From: Vitrella brassicaformis CCMP3155 | Taxonomy: Eukaryota; Protista; Chromerida | Reading direction: 5' to 3' | DNA: 64,000 nt | Assembly: GCA_001179505.1 (NCBI GenBank) | Contig: CDMY01000113.1 | Location: forward strand, 124,881-188,880 | Shown here: one piece after another, positions 1 through 12,451 of the stretch | Position numbering within the stretch: the stretch's first letter is position 1 | Layout of the letters: every line of letters begins with the position of its first letter | Program-made: the position numbers and the translations under genes | The notes under the pieces: model-generated | Told to the model about the DNA's origin: nothing | The model's input: the letters and a program-made list of their open reading frames with translations, nothing else | Database searches by the model: none

Positions 1-1305
1 GAGATGCCCCACTGCTTCGTCACGGTGGGATTTGAGGTGCTCAAGTCGTCCAAGGCATTTCTCAGAGACGTGACGGTCGTCAGCCCCGCCCTGTACGGGC
101 TCACCTCTGCTGGTGAGAGGCGCAGAGATGAGATGAACCCATGTTGGCATGGACTATGTGTGTCCATCTGTCTGTGGCCAGGTCTGACCAAGGAGAAGCC
201 CGATCGCATCCGTCTGGACATGGTGGGCATCCCCGTCCCCATCCGCGGGCAGCCGGCCTTCTTCACCCAACAGATCCGCCGCGCACTCGACCGGCTCATC
301 AATTACTTCATCATGCTGCTCATCTCCCCACAGCTCATTAAGGGAGCCGTCCACGCGCCCATCCATGACGATACCCAGATGGCGTCATCAGCCCCACCAG
401 TCGCACCCACTTGCCCTCTCGTCAAGGTCGGCTCCCTGACCGAGGCTGACCGCGCTCAGGCCAGCAAGACCATCGCCGATGCCTTTGATGCGATCGCCCG
501 CCATGCCTTCATGGTGATGCACCCGAAGGGCCGCAGACCAGATCGCGATCTGGTGGATGACGACGTGATGATGATGCCCGGCAAGGACGACAGGAACCAG
601 CGGGGCAAGAGGGGCCGGCGGGGCAGCCGCGAGGACCGGCGGCAGTCGAGGGGAGGGGATGGCGCCGGGCTCACTGACGAGCAGAAGGAGCTGCTCGACC
701 TTGCGCACCGAGAGCGGCGCTACAGGCACAAGCCACACGGCGACTTGGGCGACTTTGACGACGAGGAGAACGAAGACGACGACGACAGAGATCTGGAGCC
801 CATCTGGTGGAAGTTCGCTGCGCGGGGTCGCGCGCGCAAGTATGGCCAGCAGAGCTATCGGGGGCACATGCGAGGCGGGCGGGGGAGAGGCCGTGGGAGG
901 GGGAGGGGCAATGGGGGGATGCGACTCGACGAGTATGGCGAAGGAGATGGAGGCATGGACGATTTCGAGCTGCAAGAGGACTTCGCCGAGGACGGGTCGC
1001 CCTCATCCAGCAGGATGTACCGGTGAGCAGACGACATCACGACACAAAGCCAGCACCCCACACAGGTTGTGACTGTATGTTCTTCTCTTCTCTCTCTTCA
1101 CTTCACCAGCCATCGTCGGCAGCGGCAGAGTCTGGATGCGCCTGACAGCTCGCCGGGCCCCATGTTAGTGGAGCGTCCCTCTACGAGCGACGGTGTGAGC
1201 CGCTCGAGGCCGGCATCGGGTGTTGACGAGCCAGACGAGGATGAAGAGGAAGAAGACGAGGGCGAGGAGGAGGAAGATGAGGAAGCCGGTGATGTGTTCT
1301 GGTAG
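1..1305 (+). CDS. 3' end of a probable DEAH-box RNA helicase (DHX36/DHX57-like C-terminal OB-fold region) with RGG-rich and acidic tail; 5' part outside the window
   Basis: FEVLKSSKAFLRDVTVVSP and QQIRRALDRLI resemble the DEAH helicase C-terminal extension. GT-AG introns at 113-181 and 1023-1109 keep the frame and join ORF 4-1026 to the acidic exon ending at TAG 1305. Confidence 0.55.
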
Positions 1306-1606
1306 ATAAATAGATAGCTGGATCATGTGATGGCATTATAGCTGGAGAGTGTGCGTGCCGGTTTTGTGACTCGTCGGTATGCATGCCGCAATTTTCGTCA
1401 AACCATCGCCTAAACTGTCTCAGTGCTGCTGCTCGATGCGTGAATTTGTGGATTTGCCATCACGCCTTGGCACAATGGATTCGATCCACTCCCATCTGCG
1501 AGCTATTAATCGCAGATCTGAGCCGAGGGAGGCGTTTCCAGGCTATCGCCGATGCTAACGCAGCGATGAACTGTATCGTGACGAAGATCTCGTCATCATC
1601 GCATCG

Positions 1607-2371
1607 ATGACGAATCACGCCGAGGAGCAGGAGCTGGAGGTCGAAGCTCTCGAGTCCATCTTCCTCGATGACTTCGAGAAGATCTCAGCCACCGAGTTCT
1701 ACCTGCACCTGGTCCCTGACCCGAGCGCACCGCCAGAAGAGAACCACGTCAAGGCGACGCTGCACGTCACCTACACGCCCACGTACCCCGACGACCCCCC
1801 CTGCTACTCTATCAAGGCGCAGAAGGGCCTGGAGGGGCGGCAGATACAGGCCATGAAGGACCTGGTGGAGCAGGAGATCGACAACAACCGTGGCATGGTC
1901 ATGATCTACACCATCGCCGAGGCGCTGCAGAACTACCTGAGGGAGAACAACAAGCCGCAGCTATCCATGCATGAGGAGATGCTGCTCAGGAAGACGGGCG
2001 ATGACGCAGATGCCGATAAGGAGAACGGCCCGACCGACACGGCAGATGGGGAGGGACCTCAGCCCGAGTTCAAGGGCCTGGCGGACAAGGTGCTGTGTCG
2101 GCCGGATGAGCGCGTCACCGACGAGCAGTTCGCGACGTGGAAGGCATCGTTCAAGCAGGAGATGGTGGCTCTGGGCTACTGGAAGGTCGACACCAAGGCC
2201 GACCGGCTGACGGGCAAGCAGCTGTTTGAGAGTGATGCCACTCTCAAGGATTTCGACGAGGAGCTTCCCGAGGAGGATGACCCCAACGACATCCGCAAGC
2301 AGGTCTTCAATGAGAGCGTCTTTGATGAGGAAGACGAGCTCAATGAAGATGACTTGCTAGAGGACGACTGA
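1607..2371 (+). CDS. RWDD1: RWD-domain protein, RWDD1/Gir2 (DFRP2) family, single exon
   Basis: EEQELEVEALESIF...YTPTYPDDPP...GMVMIYTIAEALQ RWD signature; LTGKQLFESD motif; acidic C-terminus. Confidence 0.85.
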   Translation: MTNHAEEQELEVEALESIFLDDFEKISATEFYLHLVPDPSAPPEENHVKATLHVTYTPTYPDDPPCYSIKAQKGLEGRQIQAMKDLVEQEIDNNRGMVMIYTIAEALQNYLRENNKPQLSMHEEMLLRKTGDDADADKENGPTDTADGEGPQPEFKGLADKVLCRPDERVTDEQFATWKASFKQEMVALGYWKVDTKADRLTGKQLFESDATLKDFDEELPEEDDPNDIRKQVFNESVFDEEDELNEDDLLEDD

Positions 2372-2654
2372 AAGAATGGCTGATGTCGATGTGGTGCACT
2401 GAGTGTTTCCAGTGCTTGCCTTCATTCCTGTCGGATTTTGTTTCGATTGAGCTTTTGAGACTGCAAATATATGCGATACGTTCTTGAACAAATATGATGC
2501 CGGTCTGCCCTTGATGTACTCACACGCACACACATCGACAGACAGACTTGCTTACCACCCTCACCCATGAGCCAGCGCCGCACATTCAACAGACGCATAC
2601 AACAAGGTAGCAACGACTCCCGTACCCATACACAAATACCAGTCAGCCCAGCAG

Positions 2655-5600
2655 TCAGTGCCTGTGTGCCTCTCCCTCGCAGCCCTTCTTCTTACAGCCC
2701 GCTGCCATCCGGGCCCTCCTGTACATATCATTGACTGCGATATCAACGAAAATCGACGGCACATCGTCCACTGGGGGCTGAGACCCAAACACGGATGGTT
2801 GCGAGGCAGCCACGAAGGGCGCAGGGGTCATGTAAGGGGAGGGATGCAGCGAGCGGTGGGATACGGTGTGCCGGGAGGCGAGGCCGCTCTCCGGCGCAGA
2901 AATGGGGAGGAAGACAGGGTCGGGCGGCTGGGGTCGTCGCGGCCATCGCCGCCTGAAGCCTGGATGCGGCAACGTCCGGATGACCTGCTTATATCTGTCC
3001 TTCCACTTGCCCTTCTCGACCACCACGTCAGTCACGACGGCCAACTCGAACTGCCAGGGTGGAGGGCTCCTCTTGTGCCTTCTGCCGCGCGCAATCCTCG
3101 CCTGCGCCGTCTGAGGCCTCGATCGACCCCTTCTCCTCCTCGTCCTCTCAGGTGTCTCCCGTCTCTCGTCAGCGGTGCCTCTCGGCCTGTGATTGTCGGT
3201 GTTTCCATAGACCTGCTCGATGGCGGCCGCTTCTGGCTGCGGGGCGGGGGCCGGTTGGAGCACGTGCACGAGATGGTGTACGCCGGGCGTTGATGCGATG
3301 ATCTGCTCCAGCTCGGGGGGCAGCATGAAAGGCGGCGGGTACATCGAGGGGTCCATCACGGGCAGCGGGTGCACATCGAAGTCAAGATGCTCGTCTCGGT
3401 CCTTCTTGTGCAGATATCTGGTGCCCGAGGAGGCCTCTGTTGGCCACTGATATGGCATGACGCCGGCTCCGTGGGGCAGAGGTACATACGTGCCGGTGTA
3501 GCGCATTGGGCTGGTTGGCGGTGGCGTGGGAGGGGGCGACGGGGGGACGGGAGTGCGGTGGTGGGCGCTCTGGATCATTGCGATGTGTCGTTGGACCTCG
3601 TGAACCTTGTGCAGCATATCATACACCTAGACACCACAGAGAATGAGACATACGTCACTGATCGTTCCATGCTCGCTGTGGCGGACCAGCGAGGCCGATG
3701 ATGGCTGCTTTCTCAGGATTTTGCCCCCAGTAGTCGCGCGTCTGGTCGGGACAGGCCCTGCCGTCTTGGGACGGGCCATCGAGATGCGATCCTCGAGTCG
3801 CATCTGTGCCTCATCCACAGGCAAGCCTTCAGATGCCCGTGAGGGGCTTCGCCGCATCACTGGCTCGTCTATGACCTCTGGCTCGGGTGGAGGGGCGGGC
3901 AGAGCGGGGACAGATGCCGATGTCTCTAGTCGCTGCGACTCCACTTCCACGGTGGGTTGCTCTGGCTCTTCTGGCGGCGCCGGTGGCCCGGGTGGTATTT
4001 CCACTCGTCCGATCGACTTGCCGGTGTCGGTAGGCGGTGGTGACACGGGCGCACTCGGCTCCTCCCTCACAGGCTCTTCCTTGGCCAGGTTCTCTTCTTC
4101 CTCTCGGCCTTCCTCCTCTTTTGTCTCAGGGACCGTCACCTCAGCCGCAGACGTCTCTTCATCCTGCTGCCGCGAGACTTCGCTGTATGGAGTCACGGCT
4201 TCACTGTATGGAGTCACGGCTGTCCAATCGGTCTGAAAGGTCGCCCGTCTCTCCTGGAATGCTTCCGGGGGCAGAATCGGGGGCTCGTGTACTGCTGGCG
4301 GCAGCTCGACCACAGCCGGAGTTTCTTCTTCGCTTCTCTCAGATGCGGGGGACAGGTCGCTGCCCTGCTGAATCACGTCTTCGAGTCTTTGTATGGTGTC
4401 CATGCTGACACTCATCTGGCCGTGGGGGTCGCTGATGAGAATTCGTAGAGGGGCGGGGACGGCTTCAGGAATGGCATCAGGCTCTTGACTCTCTTCCACC
4501 GTATCGATCGTCGGTCCAGGTGTTTCCGGCATGCACCCTGCATCCTCGTCGTCTTCTTGTGTCTCCACCTGGGGGGCAATTGGCTCCACCTTCTCTTCCT
4601 CGACAGGCCCTTCAATCCCTCGGTCCTCTTCAGTCGGGACCCCTGGCAGCTCCTCGTCCGCGGGAGGTGCCTCTGGCGTCTCTGTCTTGTCCTCTGCTGG
4701 CGGCATCTCTTCTGTTTCTTCAGCTGGGCCTGGTGCCTCGAATATTGCTTCCGAGGGCGGCTCGGAAGGAGGAGGCGATTCTTTCTTCTCTTCTTCTTCC
4801 TCTTCCTCCTTTTCTGCAGGCAGCTTCACCTGCTCAGAAGCAGCAACCTCGGCCTCCTCACCTCCAGCAGGATGTGGCTCTGGCGCAGCCGGAGAAACGT
4901 CTTCCTTCGGCTGGGTGACAGCCTCAACCTGCTCTGTTTTCTCTTCTTCCGGTGGACGTTCCTTCTCAGCTTCGCGTGGGGGCTCTGGGGTGGGCGCAGG
5001 GGCTGACGGGGGTGAGGGAGGTGCGGGTGGCGGAGTCGGAGCGGGTGAAGGAGAGGCAGGCTCCGTCGGCCGGGGAGATGGCGGCTCAGGGCGAAAGGCA
5101 GCAGGAAGTGTTGAGCTGAGGCGCCTTTCCCTTTGCTCCGTCACCTCGATGTTGCACTTCTTCAGGGCTGTTTTCCATTTCCCTAGGACTGTCGTGAAGT
5201 CGCTGCCCAGAGTGGTAAGGGAGCGGCGCATCTCAGGAGCCTTGTGGACTTCAAATTGCAGCGCAACAGCAGCCTGACAACGCGAATGACGGACAGTGTG
5301 CTTCTTGCAACGAGTGTAGGATCCAAGCTCACCCGATCTGCAGCATAGAACGTCATGATAGGATATGTATCATCCCGGAGGGTCCTTTTGAGCTGCATCG
5401 AAGGTATATTTGCGCACTGCTCTTCCCACAACAGCTCAGGGGAAGCCAATTGCCTCAGCCGGGCGCCTTTCTCGCTGTCGTCTTCATCGTTCTCGTCTTT
5501 CTGTTCCTCTTCCTCTCCGGACACAGCGAACGACACTCGTGGGCGAGGCGAAGCGGATGAATCTGCTGCTCCCTTCGGTATGGCGATGGTGACACGACGG

Positions 5601-6715
5601 CTCCCCGCCCGCTCGAAAGGCGCAGACATGGACGGCGAATCCGTATGGAGCTGCAATTGCACACAGACGACACCATGTCGATCCGGCAGAAGCCCCCGAT
5701 TCACCCTTGTCCGTAACCCGGTACCTGAAGCCTGTCTTCCTGCAGCGTGAGACACAACAGCCCCCCGAGCTGAGGATCACCCTTGCCTTCCACTTTATCC
5801 ACAGGCCCGTCGATCACCCTGCCCCACCCCTCCGCCAGATAAGTCACTGTCTCGGGTGCCCCGCGGGCAGGGCTGCTCGGCACAGACTTCGCCCCAGAGA
5901 GAGACGCAGGTGTGGAGACGGCGAGCGCCGGTTTGCTCTCTTTTTGAATCCGAAACAGGGTTGACTTTCTCTTGGCTCTGCCGACGATGGCTTCGCTGGC
6001 TGGCGTTTTGGGGGTAAGGGGCACGGCCACAGTGGGGGTCATCCCGGTCACAGGGGCGTCGGTCTTGAGCTCGCTCAGCTGACCAACAAAGAAAGGGGCA
6101 GGGGGATTGGGACTTCGTCTGCTGCTTGCTTACTGTGACGTGGTCGAGCTTTCTTATGGCCCTCCTGGCTTTATTGGCTTCTATATACACCTCAGCAGTA
6201 TCAAAGGTGGGGCCTCGTTGAATCGTCTTGAGCACAATGCTGCTCATACAATGCAAACAGGACCCATGTTCAGTCCCTCGCGGACGATACACACACTTAC
6301 AGCTCGGCTTCTTTTGTCTGGAACTCCATAGACATCGGACACTGGTACGGCGTGCGGACAAACGCTCGCAAGAACGTCGATGTCGGCACGCGCCGCACCT
6401 CTCTCGCCCCTTCTCCCCTTGGCAAGAATGACCTGCAGTCACGAACAAATCGAATGAGAGAGAGACTCCCGCTGCGTCTCTTTTCCTTCATTGTGGCGCT
6501 CACGAGGGGCTGAATTTCTCCGTTTGGCTGAATGATGGCGGTGCATTGCCGTGTGCTGGTGTGTTTGGAGAGCTCTTGCTTGTCCCCGGTAGCGAGATGA
6601 CGAGCTCCTCCTTCGTGAGGGTGATGAGGTGCGGAACCCCTTCATATTCATACATGCCCTCCAGAAGCGGCCTGCCGTCGGCAGTGCCGCCTGGTGTGCT
6701 GACTGCAGATATCAT
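2655..6715 (-). CDS. Large multi-exon Pro/Glu/Ser-rich hypothetical protein with a possible N-terminal PH-like domain
   Basis: ORFs 6500-6895, 6297-6503, 5701-6051, 5183-5755, 3627-5231 and 2655-3626 join through GT-AG introns (for example about 5652-5725). ATG at 6715. Confidence 0.6.
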
Positions 6716-6972
6716 TGTCGTTTCCTGTTTCTTGAGCCTGAGACTCAGTGCGCGCTTGCCGCCAAGACGCCCCCCCAAAATCGATCGGGGAGAGAAGGGG
6801 AGGATTCCCACTGTCAACAATGCGCCACTTGTGGCTCTACACCCAAGCCACAGTTGAAATCTTGCGGTGACGTGCTTTCGCAAAGCCCCGAGCAAAACCT
6901 ACGCGGAGTCAGCGCCCCCTGACCACCTCAGAGCACCGTGAGTAACAAGGATACAAAGAAGGCACCACCACC

Positions 6973-8898
6973 ATGCATGTTGCTCTGCGGTGTGTCCAGG
7001 TGGTGTTTGCAATGGTCCCGTCAACGCCGTCAGCGCCGCAGCCGGGGATCCTGCTCGCCCACCTCGCGGTGGAGGTGGCTATCGTGAGCTCTGCAGTCAC
7101 CCTGCCGACAATATTCCTGCCCCACTACATCAGGAACAAGTTTCGAGTGTCCGAGTACCAGGCGGTCGGCGCCCTCCTCCTGTCCACATACCCCCTCTGC
7201 GAGTTCCTCGTGGCCCCTCTTGTCGTCACCTTTGCAAAGGCATGCGGCCGGCTACCCCTCCTCTATGTCGGAGCCTTCCTGCACGCAATCGCCACGCTTC
7301 TCTATGGTGTTATGGACTATATGGTGCCCGATGACGACCCCAGGCAGCTTGTATATTATTTTCTGCTGGTCTTCTGTATGGCTGTCGGTGCGACAATGGC
7401 AATCACGATGTTCACGGCTGAGACCATCGATGCCTTCTCCAAGAGGGCCACAAATCAGGCGATGGGCGTGAGACAGGCGGCACTATCTGCTGGGGCACTT
7501 CTCGGCATGCCTCTTGGCGGCCTACTATATGACATTGGGGGTTTCATGGGGCCGTATCTGTTTGTCTGCTCTTTCTCGCTGGTGTCCGCTCTGCTTCTGC
7601 CATTCACAGTGGGCCTGCCAAGCTCCTCCAAACAATTCCCCGACTCTCCTCTTCCTCGTCCCTTTGAGAGTCGCGTCATATTCAGGACTCCCTGCACGAC
7701 ACGTCAAAAGAATGGAGACGAGGACCCGCGACAGATCAAGTCGGATGGAGAGGAGCCGGACGGCTTTGCCAAGTGGTACGGCTATAGTCCCGGCGAAGGA
7801 GACACGGATGCCGTCATGGAAGTGGCGACGGAACACACGCCCATTCTCCGCTCGCGTGGGTCTCCTCGCGCTGATGAGGACTCATGCACACCAGCAAGCG
7901 GATCGGAGGACGAGAGAACGAGGAACAGCACTGGCCGTGCTTGCCGTGCTGCGTCGACCGTGACGGTGTCCTCGAGTGCTCTGTGGGCCCTATCGACACT
8001 CAACGACCCGTGTGTGATAGTTGGATGTCTGACGGCGCTAATGAATGGCTTTGCAATGTCATTCTACTGCCCAATCATCGGAGAGCCGCTGTTTCAGTCG
8101 TTGCAGACCTCCTCTCATCTCAACGTCGGCTCACTCACCTGCATGTGAGTCAGAGAAAAGAAGAAGAATCTGAAGAAATCAACAGACGCTGCATTTTCCT
8201 GCCCCATCTTCCGCTTTCAGTATTGTCTTTGCCCGTCTCGTATCGTCTTGGCCCGTGGGTGCCCTGGCAGATCGCATCGGAGGCCTGCCCGTGCTCACAT
8301 CAGGATACATCGTCACAGGTATCGCCTATGGCTCTTTCGCATGCTGGCGCCAAGGCATCCAGTGGGCAGGGCATCCTACCGCCGTCGGTCTGCCGTCAAC
8401 CACGAGGAAGCTGGTGATGATATCCGTATCGGTCTTATCGCTCGGAGCGCTCGGTGTTGGTCTTAGTCTCATTGCAACCCCTTGTCCGGTCGTCATTCGG
8501 GATTTCCTCCTTCGCGAGGGGCTACGTCAAACGGAGGCCTCCATGCTCACGGCTTCATATGAGTGGGGCATGGTCGCCTTGGGCGCTTCGGCACGCTTGC
8601 GGGAGGCGGTATAGAGATGGTCGCCGGCTTCACTGGGGCAACGGCGACGTGTGGTCTTGCCATGTTGCTGTATGGGTTGTTTTTGGTGTTATTTTCCTCG
8701 CGAGTGGCCGACATGAAAAGTGAGCTGCCGCAGACGTATGAGAGGCTTGATGCATTGCAAAAGGGCGCAGATAAGCGTCATTGGCTGGAGCGTGAGGGGA
8801 CGGGATCCACTTATGGATCTAGTGCGCACGCGTCATATGATTCGCTCGACTCATCTGCTGCCATAGGACAGGGGGACAGAAGCGGTGGAGGGGCGTAA
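6973..8898 (+). CDS. Major facilitator superfamily transporter (SLC18/DHA1-like) with an apparent 1-nt frameshift at about 8587
   Basis: Multiple TM segments; GRLPLLYVG and ADRIGG loop motifs; GMPLGGLLYDIGGF; long central loop; intron about 8124-8220. Confidence 0.85.
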
Positions 8899-9779
8899 AA
8901 GGGAATGGATGTTGCTTCTGACGTCTCTGTGTGCGTGTTCATCTGCATGTACTGTACACGCCTCCATCAATCGCATTGTGTACACCTGGCGAGCTAAGCT
9001 TGCCAGGACGAAATTCTCGCCGCGAAAAATTCTCGCCGTCTCCCGGAGACGCTACGGAAAAATGGTGAAAAGACAGGATGGACAATTTCCCGCCACCACG
9101 TCTGCCCGCCTTGGCTTTTCCAACGCTCCTTCTCATTCGTTTCGTTTGTCGGATCCATTTTTTTTTTGGTCGGATCAGCATCTCCCCCCCATCAGCACCC
9201 CACCTCGCCGTTGCCGGCGACTGACGCGGCGACGCCGTACCGACGTTGCACCTACCCGGCGGAAATCGCAACCCTGAGCGCGTGTTGCTGCGAGGACCTG
9301 TCCACGTTTCGTCCATCGACGGAAGAAGAAGTAAGTTGTGCCACGTCTCTTTCATTCAAGTCATCGGAGTGTGCGCTGATGCAAAACAACAATTCTCTCC
9401 ATTCGTTTCGTTTTGCATCAGCGCTCCTGTCCTCGCCGTTGCCGCGACCGACGCCGCACTGTGAGTTCGCACGAGCACAACCCTGTGTGCCATAATCAGT
9501 GTACTCTGTGTGCTCTGTGTGTTGCAGCCTACAGTACTGCTGCACCAGAAAAGGTTGGCGTCGTCACATCCCATCTTCTGTAAGGAGGAAAAGCAACCTG
9601 CTGGCGCCGCCTTTTCCTTTCAATCGCATTCGGGCGGTTGTGGGGTGGCTGTGTGTACATCAGGGTCGGCCACCAAGCCATGCAGCAGGGATAAAGTGAC
9701 GCAAGCAAACAGAATACACTGCCCTGCCTCTCCCTCTGTGTCACATGTCTGCTCAGGCCTATTCAGGCCACGGCCTTGT

Positions 9780-10603
9780 ATGGGCACTAGATCAAAAGAA
9801 CTCGAGCACTCTACGTGCCCTGCCGGTGCCGGGGGATGGCCGTCGCACTGGCCGTTGTTGAGGGACGGGGGGGACCCTCGGGCGTTCATCAGGGCCTTCG
9901 AGAAGCTCTGGAAGGAGAACCCCGAGGTAGGCAGGCGGGCTGCAAAGTGGAGTCTTCTGTCTGATGCCTCTGATGTTCTGGTGCAGGAGTTCGACCTGTG
10001 GGTGCAGAGGAGCGGCGGCCTCGGCATCCTGCTGGAGGCGGAAGCGTGGCTCGCCGACGTAAGTGACGCATGCGAGAGCTTCTACAATGGAAACCTCATC
10101 CGTGGCACACTGTGTAACGCTGTTTCTCTGCTGCTGCTGTGTGTCTGGTACAGCAAATCGCCAGGGAGGCGAGGGCGGAGGCCAAGGAGCTGGCGGCCAA
10201 GGCTGAGGAGCTGATGGCCAAGGCCAACGAGGCCACGGCCAGGGCCGCGGAGGCGAGGGCCATCAAGCAGGGTAACACCATCACCGGCACCGGCACCATG
10301 GCCCGCCCTGCTGGCCCTCACACTCCCGCCGCCTACTCGCCGCCCCAGCCCATCTGCTACTACCACCTGCCCCCGGTCCAGCCCAAGGCGGCGGTGCTGC
10401 CCATGGAGTTCACGGCCTGGGGGTCGGTGGCGGTGAGGGGTCCGCCTCCCGTCTCCTTCCACGAGGAGGGGTGGTACCCCCTCCTGTGGGAGTGGGACGT
10501 TCAGGAGGGGGTGTGGAGGGTGAGGGGCGCCACACAGGACTGCTGGATGCGGTGCGTGAGCGGCTTCTGGTTCGGGCTGTGGGGGCTGGCTGGGGGGAAG
10601 TAA
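9780..10603 (+). CDS. Lineage-specific three-exon gene, a distant relative of the 14-17 kb tandem family
   Basis: Phase-0 introns 9927-9986 and 10059-10153 give GDPRAFIRAFEKLWKENPE|EFDLWVQRSGGLGILLEAEAWLAD|QIAREARAEAK... Confidence 0.5.
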
Positions 10604-10878
10604 TCTCGTCTGTTCTGTATGGCATGACTGGCTGCCTGTCTGTCTGTCTGTCTGTCTGCATTTTTGCCGTGTGTCCCATTGGGGTTTTCTAATGGGTGGA
10701 CTTTTCTAGTTGCCATGTGCATTCCATTGCGTTGCATTTTGTGGTGACGGCAACAATGGCAGGCGAGGGCGTGCCACAGCGTTGCTGGAGAGGCAGGGCG
10801 ACAGAGGTGAGACGCATAGACTCACCACTCACTTAGGAAATGACGTTGTTGTGTCTCGTGTACACGCAGGCTGTTGCC

Positions 10879-10900
10879 GATCGCCGCCTACATTTTATAT
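10879..10900 (+). repeat. Dispersed motif ATCGCYGCCTNCATTTTATAT; other copies at 13819, 17169, 19235, 33308 (minus) and degenerate at about 44607
   Basis: Direct visual match of 21-22 nt at five loci. Confidence 0.85.
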
Positions 10901-11359
10901 TCCGGTGTCTCATGCCCTGTACGACCTCCCGTTGCCCGACAGCGCTGTCTGTCTGGCTGTCTGTCTGACTGACTGGCTGAGTGATGTGAAGGGCATGCCT
11001 GTCCGTCTGCCTGCCCGTGTGCCTGTCCGTTTTCATTTTTGCTTTGTGTTTCAGTGTGGCCCCTCACCCCCACCCTCGCCACCACTACTGCCAGCTTCTC
11101 CGCCGTACGACCACCCCTACCACCCCCATACAACAACAGCATCGCCTGCAGCAGCCTTCATGTCAGCAGCCAGCGCACTTCCCTGTCAGCGCACACCCCT
11201 GTCAGCACCGATCGAGCTCATCCATGGGGCGCTTCCGAGCCTCTCATCGTCAGGCAGCAGGGGGGGTAAGTCCATCCACACACTGCCCCACACGCCAACA
11301 CACACCCCGCCCTTCCATCCATCGACTCTGTGTGTGTGTGTATGTATGTGCATGGTGCG

Positions 11360-12451
11360 AATCCAGCGGCGTGCCGAAGGTGTGGATGCCTAGCACGTTC
11401 TTCTGGCCGAAAGTGGTCAGGGTGATGCCGGGCGGCTACCAATACGACTATAGCGCTGTGAGGCGGTGGAGCAGCCAGGTGAGCAAAGTCTCATATAGAC
11501 ACACACTTGCAGAATGAATGGGTATGGGTTGTCTCATGTGGTGTCACCCAGGCGAACGTCAACGTGTTCGACCTGGATTATCTGATGGTGCCGCTGCATG
11601 ACGGCTATCTGACTAGCGCCGGGTTCGCCGGCACGCACTGGACCCTCGGCCTGATGGACTTCAGGTACACATGTCCGTCTGTCTGTCTGTACGCATGTAT
11701 CTGTTTGTGTGTGTGCCATCACACCGACAGGCGCAAGCGCATCCGTGTGCTGGACTCTCTGGGCGGCGGCGGTACCAACTGGAGCAAGGAGATCAATGCC
11801 ACGTGAGCTTGCACACAGGCACTGATGGCCAACACGCATGGGTGTATGGCGGCTCTGTGAATGGATGTGTTGCCATCTCTGAAGGCTCTGCCAGTACATC
11901 GCCCGCTACCTGCAGGACGAGCACGCCGACAACTCAAGCGTGAGATGCCGGACATCGCACAGTCGAGCAAGGAAAACGAGGTCAGTGCTTGAGATGCCAC
12001 CCATCCATTCACCCCTCCGTCCACACCCCGCGCACACCTATCTATCTATCTACTTGATGCAGGCGCAGCTGCCGCAGCAGACCCACAGCTGCGACTGCGG
12101 GGTGTTCATGCTGCTCTTTGCCTTCCGTATCCTCACCAATACGTAAGCACAGAAGGCTCACGAACACTGAGGTATGCGCACTTTGTCCGCGTATCCACCT
12201 GTTGCTGCGTATGTGCAGGCCGCTGAAGGAAATAAACTGCGAGAGGAGCGGGTCATACGCCATCTATGCGACCGGACAGCGCGACCTCGATCAGGCCGTC
12301 CTCATCACAAGGGCGCGGAGGCTGCTGGTACGGACATAGACGCCCTTGTGTATATGTGTGGAACAGCCACACGAGATGTCTGTGTGTGTGCTGTGGTGTG
12401 CTGCAGGCGTTGAGTATCATGAGGGGCGAGCTGCCCATGTACACATACTGA
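11360..12451 (+). CDS. Ulp1/SENP-like C48 cysteine protease domain (possibly 5'-truncated)
   Basis: STFFWPK...VRRWS, VPLH...HWTLG, RVLDSL and QQTHSCDCGVF give the His-Asp-Gln-Cys catalytic set across about 7 short exons. Confidence 0.85.

Noticed and set aside
4183-4222. Short tandem coding duplications (AVTPYSE x2; HMESEVS x2 at about 44188-44235)
   Set aside because: Ordinary slippage repeats in disordered regions
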